Positions 7,608 through 15,948 of a DNA stretch of 64,000 nucleotides are shown here, piece after piece; within the stretch, counting starts at the first letter, position 1; each line of letters begins with the position of its first letter. The notes beneath the pieces were generated by a model, which was not told the origin of the DNA, did not search any database, and saw only the letters and a list, made by a program, of their open reading frames with translations. Origin of the DNA: a virus (Duplodnaviria; Caudoviricetes). The position numbers were made by a program, and so were the translations under genes. The stretch lies in the IMG/VR virus record IMGVR_UViG_3300013280_000006, positions 1 to 64,000 of that record; one strand, written 5' to 3'.

Positions 7608-10318
7608 CGTGTGCCAACTTTGGGTCGGTTGGGTCGGTTGGGTTGTTTGAAGGTTTGTATCTTAGGTAATTAACAGCAAATGGTATGATCTGGGAGATAA
7701 GTTTATCTTGAGTTATTTCAGTAAGCGGCATCCCCACTCTTTTCACTATTGTTCCGTAGAACGTAAAACCTAGACCTAGGATCATGTGATCAGAAATAGT
7801 CGTACACGCATGATCCAACTTTCTGACAAGCTCGCGTGATGTTTTAGTTTTGTTGATGGTGGTCCTCAGGTTTTAGGTATATACAGGCTTTATTTTGTAA
7901 TTGCCTAACTACGTTACTAGGGTGAAGTGAGAAGGATTCAACTTCATACAAGATACGTGTAGGTAAAACCTGCGCAAGTTTATTTTTTACAGGATCGTCA
8001 CGCATAGAAATTCCTGTTTTCGGATCAACGATAAATTTAACGTTATTTAAAAGATGCACATAAAACAAGGTTTCGACAGAAATAATGCTGTCTGCGTCGT
8101 CAACACTTCTCCGTTTGATGTTATCTCCTCAATCCAAGTGACCTACCGAGCTCGATAAGTTCTGGGCTGTTACAGTTTATAAATTTATCAATTGAATGGT
8201 AGAGCACGATAGGTCTGATAGTGGTTCTAAGTCTACTGAATGCCTCTATGGTCGCACGGTTATGTCGAAACGCCCTCTTTACCACGTTGTGTGCTGGTGT
8301 AACTATCTTTACAAATACTTTTTCTCTTATGCCTTGTGAGTCGAACGCATCTTCGTGTTTTAGCTGAGTTGTTTTACCGCGCACGTTTCGACCTTTTTGG
8401 GTTGGCTCGCTTTAGTGAATATATGTGAATAGCGAAACAAACCAAGAGTTACTTCCATCCATAGCTGTGAAAATAAGAACTTCTGAAAGTTAAGTGCTGG
8501 GTGCGTGTAGATCTTTGAGTTATAGGCGGTCTCATAGTCTTCGAACGTCTTATGGACGCCAATAGGGACAAATCTAGGCGGACGGTGGTTATCTTCTAGT
8601 TTGTTCATTCGTGTTGCGAGTTGTGAATTCTGCTATCGCGTCTATGTTCGGATATAGTGGAAGGCCAGAACTGAAGCCAGCGAAGGACGATTCCACGTAG
8701 GCAACGGACTCACCTTTAAATATACTTTGTCGTGTGTGGAGGAAAACTCCCCATACGACATCGTTGATAGCAGAAGAAATAGCGCCTCGCTCAAAGTACG
8801 ACCTGTGGTCAAATTTCATGGGTTTTATTGTTTAATAGTTAGTTCAAGGAAGCCTACTGTAGGTTTTCTGCACAAACCGCTCTAAAATTGTCATGGGAGT
8901 ACTGTCCCATGTAGTTGAAAAGTCGGGAGCCTGGTCCCAACTTATCCAAAGCCTTTTCTGTCCTTTTAAGTGTGTTTGTATCTTATTGTCTATCGTACTA
9001 TATATTATTTGCTCTTTTGCGCTTATTCCTCGTAACTCAGGGAATAAAGGCATTAACTCAAAATTGTTGGTTTTTCTCATTCTTACTTCTTTTGCGAGGT
9101 TTACGGGATTTACGCCGCAAGAGTTCATCAGTGATGTTTGTAATCTTAGTTTGGTAGTCACAGTGTGACAGAAATGCTAGTGAATTAGTCAGTCCGGTGG
9201 CTATTACTTCTAAGACATCTTGGCCAGACCGTGAGTCAAGTATTACTTTTCCGATATGCTCTGTCGTATCAATAAACTGTTGAGTGTGATCGCAGTGCCG
9301 GTCGAGGCGATCGTCGTTATCAGTACGTTTCACGTATTTTCATCCCCTTTGCTTGTGCGTTAATCGCCAATGAAATAAATCTATTTTTTAGGTCTGCGGG
9401 ATCTATTTTTGGTTCTGGGGTGTAGCGAGAGCGGGTTGGCACTGGTGGCTCGGGCACAAACTGCTCGCGTAAAAAATCTATTCTTCTGTGTTTTATTTGT
9501 TTGTAGAATCGCTCTTTCAGGTAGCACTCAAATAGCTCAAACGATGTGATCATTCGTAGGCAACCGCATGGTCTACTTTTTCTCATGATCTACTTCTGCG
9601 GAACTTTCGACAGCACGCAGGCAGGGAAGTTGTGTTTCCGTTTCCACGTATGCGAGATGTTATAGTCGCAGCCAATACTTAACGGCTCTTCAAGTCTAAA
9701 TGTGTTTCTAATGTAGCTTGCCGCAGCCAGATAACAGCATATAGTGTCGTCTATCGGAGTAACGCAAATACGCATATACGTAGAATGTGACTCAAACGAA
9801 AAAACGTAGTGCTCGTTGCTAATGCGTCTCATTGTTCTCCGGTGTAAATGTGTAAACGTTTGACAGAGCCTTACTGCATAGTCTTTTAAACATTTGCCAG
9901 AGGTCTCTGCTCGAAGTAGTGACAGTTTGAGTATCCGACAGACTATACAGAAGAGCTTGTGCAGGGTATCTTTTACACTCACTAAATATAGATCCTGGCA
10001 TACTATTCATTAGAATGCAACAGATATGAGCATCTGGCGATATATTTGATTTTTCTATGAGTGTTCTAGTCGATAGCGCTCGCATTTGGTTAACTGGGAT
10101 GCCCGTGCTTCTATGTTCACCACAAAGAGAAAGACAGTGCATTCAGTCCGTGGAAACTCCATATGCTTAATGTCAGCGAGCAACTGTGACCGCTTTCCTT
10201 CGAATGTCTGCACTACAGGACCAGCGTGCATATCAGAAATGTCAGATATTATTGAAATTTGTACAGTTTTCATTGAGGCGCTAGTTTCACGCCATCGGCC
10301 ACAGTCGCTAAGCTTCAT
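7597..10318 (-). other. Continuation of array 1: about 11 further short orphan ORFs (7597..7818, 7844..8068, 8121..8384, 8360..8608, 8589..8819, 8844..9161, 9058..9333, 9320..9586, 9590..9982, 9819..10142, 10055..10318)
   Basis: Contiguous co-oriented 73-130 aa ORFs with little intergenic space; no recognisable domains; exact starts uncertain where overlaps exceed 100 nt. Confidence 0.5.
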
Positions 10319-10385
10319 GCTGTTTTCCGTGTTGTACTTTGCTTACAAACGTTGGCACACCACTTATGGTGTGCCAACTATAGTG

Positions 10386-10835
10386 TTATTTAGCTAGCGA
10401 ATTTGCTTCTAGTTGTATGTCTTCAATATTTGGCGGTTCTCCGAGATTCAAGCGCTCAGCCAGAGACTTTACCTGACCTTCAAGCATTTTTTTCTCGATA
10501 GCGAGAGAGTGTGCAGACTGGGCAATCATCGTTCCAGAGTGTTTGGTCAGTGCCTGCGATGCTGCAAACACCTGCATGCACTGTTGAATGGTCAGCGGGG
10601 CGTTGTCTCTTGGAATGATGAGCCCGTTAAACTCTTTTGGGTCAGGCTTTCCAGACTGACTTGGAACCCAGCCAACACCGACAGCGAGTACGTTTATGCT
10701 TGGGTACCTTGACATAAACTGCTGTAAGCTGATACGCAGCTCATCTCGTGCTTTGTCAAAATCCATGCTTGGTTGATCAGAAAATAACATAAGCTGGTTT
10801 GCATCATCTTTTACATTATTTTGCTCTTCACTCAT
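10386..10835 (-). CDS. Hypothetical protein
   Basis: 149-aa ORF with ATG, AAGGA RBS and a short C-terminal coiled coil. Confidence 0.7.
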   Translation of the reverse strand: MSEEQNNVKDDANQLMLFSDQPSMDFDKARDELRISLQQFMSRYPSINVLAVGVGWVPSQSGKPDPKEFNGLIIPRDNAPLTIQQCMQVFAASQALTKHSGTMIAQSAHSLAIEKKMLEGQVKSLAERLNLGEPPNIEDIQLEANSLAK

Positions 10836-10837
10836 AG

Positions 10838-11203
10838 TTATCCTTTAAATGTTTTATGTGGACTTTTGTTGAATTTGCTAGTGATATCGTTGAACGTGTT
10901 GGCCAGTCGGACAACCGCAAAAAACGCAGGCAATAACCAAAGTACAGGCATCAACGCGCACACCAAACAAATACCGCCAACCCAGTGTGATAAACAAAAG
11001 CCGCAGGCGTACACACGACAAAGTAGGTCCGGCCTCCCTACTCTTGTTTTATAGCGCTCCATGAAATCGATCACCCGCTCATCATGACGGAGCCATTCAG
11101 TCATTCCCCACGTCCCTACTGCGGCTATTAGTAGCGATAGTAGTATTGTCATCAGGTTCTCCAAAAATCTTAACGCAGATGAAGCGCAAAACAACCAGCA
11201 CAA
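10838..11203 (-). CDS. DUF1360-like small membrane protein
   Basis: Hydrophobic helices plus CGFCLSHW, matching the CxxCxSxW motif of DUF1360-like phage proteins; likely starts at internal MTILLSLL. Confidence 0.55.
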   Translation of the reverse strand: MCWLFCASSALRFLENLMTILLSLLIAAVGTWGMTEWLRHDERVIDFMERYKTRVGRPDLLCRVYACGFCLSHWVGGICLVCALMPVLWLLPAFFAVVRLANTFNDITSKFNKSPHKTFKG

Positions 11204-11312
11204 CGTACTTTACCAGTAAGAATAAAATTACAGGTATATTAGTGGCCAAGATTAGCAATATGCAATAAAGTAGCGCAAGCTTGTCATCTGTGTCTATGTT
11301 GTCTACTATCAC
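11097..11312 (-). CDS. Small hydrophobic hypothetical protein
   Basis: One strongly hydrophobic segment; overlaps the neighbouring ORF, start uncertain. Confidence 0.35.
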   Translation of the reverse strand: MIVDNIDTDDKLALLYCILLILATNIPVILFLLVKYVVLVVLRFICVKIFGEPDDNTTIATNSRSRDVGND

Positions 11313-11318
11313 TAGTGG

Positions 11319-11510
11319 TTATCTAATTACTGGCATCCGAATTATCGTAGGTCCGGCTTTTCCGACTGGCTCGGTCCTTGGTACGACCGGAACCTCAACT
11401 AATCGACGATGTGTTCGGATACGATTTAGCTGCATCCTATGTGTTTGGAGCTGCGTCGGTAACCATCTCTTGCGCTGTAAATACCTGGTTGCTGTGAGTC
11501 TGAATTGCAT
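11319..11510 (-). CDS. Small basic hypothetical protein
   Basis: Fills the gap upstream of terL, divergent from it. Confidence 0.35.
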   Translation of the reverse strand: MQFRLTATRYLQRKRWLPTQLQTHRMQLNRIRTHRRLVEVPVVPRTEPVGKAGPTIIRMPVIR

Positions 11511-11517
11511 GTATAAT
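11489..11517 (+). promoter_or_regulatory. Putative sigma-70-type promoter for terL
   Basis: TTGCTG (11489-94), 17-nt spacer, TATAAT (11512-17), followed by AGGAG (11524-28) and ATG 11539. Confidence 0.45.
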
Positions 11518-11538
11518 CCTCGTAGGAGTTCTGCTTAT

Positions 11539-13392
11539 ATGTTATCAGAACAATCTACGCAGGGACTAACTGCGTATCAAAAACTCCAGACCTGGAGCCA
11601 GTCACAGAGCACCGACGCGCCCGAGCCATACAGTAATGGTTTAAAATATGTAACAGAGTTTGTAAACACTACACAACTAGAGACTTTGGTGCCTGTCTTA
11701 CCGTTGCTTCTTCGTCTAGAGGGTAAGCCATTTTCTTTGCGAGATCACTTTCCGATGGAGCCCATGTATAAGAGGCTTCGTGTTCCTCCACGGGCAGTGA
11801 TGAAGTGCGCAAGACAGGTTTCCAAGTCCACAACATTAGCAGCTCAAGGAATTACTCGCGGGGCAACATTACCGTTCCTAAATCAGCTATTCATAACTCC
11901 GCTATTTGAACAAGTTAGAAGATTCTCTAATAACGTAGTTAGGCCATTTATAGATCAGTCGCCTATTCGCCACCTGCTCGTGGGTGAAGGCTCACTGAAA
12001 AATCAATCTGTATTTCAAAGAACATTTGCTAATGAATCAAACATGTTCTTCAGCTTCGCGTTCCTCGACGCAGAACGCGCTCGTGGTATCGCAGCCGATA
12101 CTTTGGCGCTGGATGAGTGTCAGGACATCGACATAGACTTTCTACCTATTCTAGAGTCCTGTTTGTCCGCTTCGCATCTTGGGTTAGTTCAGTTTTCTGG
12201 TACACCAAAAACCACAGACAATCCACTGCACGTATTTTGGGAGGATAGCAGTCAAGCTCATTGGATTATTAAGTGTAGGTCGTGTTCGCATTATAATGTT
12301 GCAAGTATTGAGTGCGACCTGGATAAGATGGTACAAAAAGACGGTCTTCGCTGCAGTAAGTGCTGCAAAGACCTTAATGCTCGCGAAGGTTTTTACCATC
12401 ACCTTTACAAAGACAGAATCCATCTTTTTCCAGGTTATCACGTACCTCAACCAATTCTTCCGATGCACTACGAGAACCCAAATAAGTGGTTCAAGTTGTA
12501 TCAAAGTAAATTAAAATGGCCACACTTTCGGTACTTAAACGAAGTTCTTGGAGAAAGCTGTGACGTCGGTACTAGGCTTGTTACGCGCACTCAACTTATG
12601 AGATGTGCGACTCTACCATGGAATCTTAAGCTCCAGGAAGCTTTAGAAAAGTTCTCTGAGCACGGTTACGTGCGCACAGTATTGGGGGTTGACTGGGGTG
12701 GCGGTGGTGGAGGTACGATTAAAAAGAAGCGTAACCAAATTGTTGTTGACGGGGGTACAACATCGTTTACAGTAGCGTGTGTTTTGGGTTTTAAACAAAA
12801 TAGCCCTAATCCAGATGTTATCTATGCAGAACGCTTTTCAATTGGTATGAGTGCAGATCAGGAGACACGTAGAATATTAAGCTTATTTAACATGTTTAAA
12901 TGCGCGATATTGGCGCACGACTTTGGCGGTGCCGGTGCGCTCCGTGAGACACTTCTGGTTCAGGCAGGCTTTCCGTCCGAGCGTATTATGCCGTGCCTGT
13001 ATACCGGTCCAACAAGTAAACCAATAGTCAACTTCCATCCGCCGGATGAGATGGGTAATCGTCGATATTACTCAGTAGATAAAACACGAGCATTAGCGTT
13101 GGTTTGTAGTGCTATTAATGCAGACATGGTACGTTTTCCACAGTGGCCATCTCACACCGAAATAGATCACGTGGTATACGAGGACTTTTTGGCTCTCGTC
13201 GAAGATAAGATTGACAGACCCGGGGCTTCAGATTTGTATCGCATCACTCGTAACCCTAAACAACCTGACGATTTCTGTCACGCCCTTACCTTTGCGTGCC
13301 TTGCGCAGTGGCACGCAGAGTTGGCGTTCCCTGATTTAGCCAGACGTTTCGGGCTTTCGAGAAATGAGGTTGGCGAGGATATACTGAATTAA
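11539..13392 (+). CDS. terL: Terminase large subunit, GpA-like
   Basis: Walker A-like KCARQVSKST, RARGIAAD-LALDECQD Walker B, Zn motif KCRSC...RCSKC, nuclease GVDWG and C-terminal PDDFCHA. Start set by the AGGAG RBS; the track ORF begins at 11281. Confidence 0.88.
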   Translation: MLSEQSTQGLTAYQKLQTWSQSQSTDAPEPYSNGLKYVTEFVNTTQLETLVPVLPLLLRLEGKPFSLRDHFPMEPMYKRLRVPPRAVMKCARQVSKSTTLAAQGITRGATLPFLNQLFITPLFEQVRRFSNNVVRPFIDQSPIRHLLVGEGSLKNQSVFQRTFANESNMFFSFAFLDAERARGIAADTLALDECQDIDIDFLPILESCLSASHLGLVQFSGTPKTTDNPLHVFWEDSSQAHWIIKCRSCSHYNVASIECDLDKMVQKDGLRCSKCCKDLNAREGFYHHLYKDRIHLFPGYHVPQPILPMHYENPNKWFKLYQSKLKWPHFRYLNEVLGESCDVGTRLVTRTQLMRCATLPWNLKLQEALEKFSEHGYVRTVLGVDWGGGGGGTIKKKRNQIVVDGGTTSFTVACVLGFKQNSPNPDVIYAERFSIGMSADQETRRILSLFNMFKCAILAHDFGGAGALRETLLVQAGFPSERIMPCLYTGPTSKPIVNFHPPDEMGNRRYYSVDKTRALALVCSAINADMVRFPQWPSHTEIDHVVYEDFLALVEDKIDRPGASDLYRITRNPKQPDDFCHALTFACLAQWHAELAFPDLARRFGLSRNEVGEDILN

Positions 13393-13567
13393 TAGCAGTA
13401 TCAACAATCTCTATTGGGTCTATGTTTTCGCGGTATCCCAGAGTAAAACCTGCAAAAATTAATCTGCACTTATAGTTCTGTGACCCAACAACAGTCAGCT
13501 GTTTATTTATCGCATATAAACGACTGTATTTATGTTGTTCATTATTGTAGTTCATACGTCGCATCAA
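13286..13567 (-). CDS. Small hypothetical protein, paralog family B
   Basis: SRLYAINKQLTV...IDPIEIVD matches SRLFSINKHMTV...PDPVDIVH of 13780..14034; its C-terminus overlaps the terL 3' end convergently by 107 nt. Confidence 0.6.
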   Translation of the reverse strand: MMRRMNYNNEQHKYSRLYAINKQLTVVGSQNYKCRLIFAGFTLGYRENIDPIEIVDTAINSVYPRQPHFSKARNVWLNQGTPTLRATAQGTQR

Positions 13568-13799
13568 CGTGCTCTTCTGCTTGTTGTTTGGCGCACAAAC
13601 TAAAAACTTTATTGATTCCGTTGTCGTAAATTATATGTTCAGCACCTATCCAAACCATTATCTTGTGTGCTAATTTAATAAACGGTTTACGTGAAAACGT
13701 ACCAAGAACAGGATATGGGTTAAAATCATACTCCCAGGTTGCTTTCATATAACTACAGCTATAGATATATTTTCTGGGCCTACACACGATTCTTTTCAT
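13542..13799 (-). CDS. Small hypothetical protein, paralog family C (MKRI type)
   Basis: Aligns end to end with 13976..14236 (TWxYDxN...PFIxxAHK...GxNKVF...KQQxxEHVDATYE). Confidence 0.7.
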   Translation of the reverse strand: MKRIVCRPRKYIYSCSYMKATWEYDFNPYPVLGTFSRKPFIKLAHKIMVWIGAEHIIYDNGINKVFSLCAKQQAEEHVDATYELQ

Positions 13800-14034
13800 A
13801 GGTCTCCGCGATTATCAAAACAGCAGCTCTGTGCACAATGTCTACTGGATCTGGGTCGTTTCTGGGTATCCGCGTAAAGTCTGGAAAATTTAAGACGTAC
13901 GCAAAGTTCTCTGAATTAGTAACAGTCATATGTTTATTTATTGAGAACAAACGACTGCGTCTATACCCTGCAATCTTACGATTCGTACGTCGCATCAACG
14001 TGCTCTCCTGATTGTTGTTTGTCGCAAAATTCAA
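13780..14034 (-). CDS. Small hypothetical protein, paralog family B
   Basis: Paralog of 13286..13567; likely starts at internal MRRTNRK. Confidence 0.6.
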   Translation of the reverse strand: MNFATNNNQESTLMRRTNRKIAGYRRSRLFSINKHMTVTNSENFAYVLNFPDFTRIPRNDPDPVDIVHRAAVLIIAETYEKNRV

Positions 14035-14236
14035 AAACTTTATTACCGCCTATGTGAGAGGCTATATTTTCATCGTAAACCATGAACATTCTCTTATGTG
14101 CTGGTCTAATAAATGGTCTACTTAAAAAATCACCAATACACTGTTGTGTGTTTAAATCGTACTTCCAAGTTGCTGTACTGAAAACATATCTACAGAGGTA
14201 AAGGTCTCCGATGCGCCTGTTTAAGATTCTTTTCAT
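13976..14236 (-). CDS. Small hypothetical protein, paralog family C (MKRI type)
   Basis: Paralog of 13542..13799; starts ATGAAAAGAAT. Confidence 0.7.
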   Translation of the reverse strand: MKRILNRRIGDLYLCRYVFSTATWKYDLNTQQCIGDFLSRPFIRPAHKRMFMVYDENIASHIGGNKVFEFCDKQQSGEHVDATYES

Positions 14237-14240
14237 AAAT

Positions 14241-14450
14241 TTATCCCATCCACACTCTCCACCTAATTTCTTGATCTTCTGTGTGGCTCTTAACGAGTTC
14301 GTAGTTAGCTGTTACCGGTCTAAACATAAACATCACTGCTAAGTCGGCCGCCGGGCTGCTGAAAACTTGCCATTGTTTTTGTAAAACTAATAGCATTTGA
14401 GTCTCTATATCAATGAGGTTAGAGAAGGGTTTTGTTTTTTTCGTTCTCAT
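14241..14450 (-). CDS. Small hypothetical protein (array 2)
   Basis: MRTKK start, ATGA-coupled to the upstream gene. Confidence 0.55.
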   Translation of the reverse strand: MRTKKTKPFSNLIDIETQMLLVLQKQWQVFSSPAADLAVMFMFRPVTANYELVKSHTEDQEIRWRVWMG

Positions 14451-14929
14451 TTTGTTGTTGTGGTTTTTGTCGCAGTATTAGCCTGTGGCCATACATAGCT
14501 ATACGTGGTTGGTCTTACCCTAGCTTCCTTCCAGCTAAACTGTTTATACCATTCATAATCTTTAACAAGTAATGCAACTCGATGACTTTTATGTAATAAC
14601 TCATTACCAACCCATGCAGGGGTTTGCCTATCCATAAAGTTGTCTAATCTTCGAATCTTATCTTGACAAGTATCTTTAAAACCACGTGCAACCCACTCTT
14701 CACACATGTGATATGCGTAGTCACATAAAGACCCTTCGTAACCTCGCCACATGACAGTTGCCGGATGATTAATCCAACCTTTTGACAATCCAAGTAATGC
14801 TTTAAGTATTTGCAAACATTCAACTCGTTGCTTACCTAGTCTCTTATAGTCCAAAACTCGTGCACACTCAATGTAGTTTTGATCTGGTAAGAACGTCTGC
14901 AATGTTGTTCTCCTTGGTTTGTCGTGCAT
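14447..14929 (-). CDS. MSMEG_6728 family / pyrimidine-dimer DNA glycosylase (T4 endonuclease V-like) protein
   Basis: QTFLP...ARVLDYKRLGKQRVECLQIL...GWINHPATVMWRGYE...EW..RGFKDTC...LHKSHRVALLVKD..WY..F is the characteristic motif string of this family. Confidence 0.85.
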   Translation of the reverse strand: MHDKPRRTTLQTFLPDQNYIECARVLDYKRLGKQRVECLQILKALLGLSKGWINHPATVMWRGYEGSLCDYAYHMCEEWVARGFKDTCQDKIRRLDNFMDRQTPAWVGNELLHKSHRVALLVKDYEWYKQFSWKEARVRPTTYSYVWPQANTATKTTTTK

Positions 14930-14949
14930 TGCATTTTAATCGAGCGAAT

Positions 14950-15948
14950 TCACGCAATAAACGGCTTTACCGTTTTAATAATAGCAGTAGAAAATGCGTC
15001 GTGTTCCTGTAAAGTAACTTCATCGCTTAACCTAAAAGCTATATCTGCGCTAACCGTTACTTGTAGTTGCGCTGTTTTAAGGTCTTCGAACGCATGAAGA
15101 GACAAATTTTCAGTACGCGCTGACAAAGCGCACCGATAAAGAGTTCCAATGAAGTTCCACTCAGATTTTAACTTATTAGCTATTTTATAGTGTTGCCCGT
15201 CTTCGAACTCATTGGCTCTGATGGGCTTCATTTGTGTGTTCGTCCTTATGGTATGTGTGGGCGTACTTGTGAGACGGCAACAAAAAACCTATTTAAATGA
15301 TATCGCCATACATTAATGCACGCTAACTCAACCCTCCAAGATTCGTCTGCAAGCCAAAAAAGTTTATCAATACTATACGGTGATGTTGGTTGGAATGCAG
15401 TTCTTATATTATATAACGAACGTTGAGCAATTTGTCCGCTGCTAGTTATGCGTTTCAACCAAGCATCCTACATTTTTTCGCGTGTGTTTTGAATTACTTT
15501 CAACGTGAGTATATGTAGTAAACTTTCCGCAGCCATAAGTCTAGAATGTTGCGCTAACTTGCGAAATCTATAAAAGTTAAAGTTAGGCGGCGTATGTTTT
15601 CTGAAATCATAAAAGCCTTGTTTCATACGCGTAGTCGGTAACTCTGGATCGTCGGTGGGCCAGAATTTGGGTATATTTCTACGCATATACGCGCCCAAGT
15701 TTTTCGCGCCGGATCAAACTTCTATAAAAGATACCTAAGTAATTATTCCATATTAAGCTAGGTTGCAGAAAGTTGTCTGAAATCTCGAAACGTACTTGCA
15801 TTTGTAGTCTACGATCCCCATCCACCCAGTTAAAAAATCTAGAGTTTGATACTTCTATACACTTATCAAATAAAAAACAAATACCGCTTTTTGGGTCGTT
15901 GTACGTTTTTCGCATACTTACCTTTCTGTGTGCTTGTTTATGGTACAT
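14950..15948 (-). other. Four more short orphan ORFs of array 2 (14950..15231, 15246..15458, 15468..15698, 15679..15948)
   Basis: Co-oriented 70-93 aa ORFs with basic N-termini (MKPIR, MKRIT, MRRNI, MRKT). Confidence 0.55.

Noticed and set aside
11281-11538. N-terminal 86 codons of the track terminase ORF; possible intein or insertion in TerL
   Set aside because: Promoter, AGGAG and ATG 11539 give a better start; no intein N-/C-terminal motifs or LAGLIDADG blocks seen
5070-15948. Stop-codon reassignment as the cause of the many short ORFs
   Set aside because: At the junctions checked, neighbours are in different frames with ATGA-type overlaps; paralogous full-length copies exist; long genes end normally at TAA and TGA
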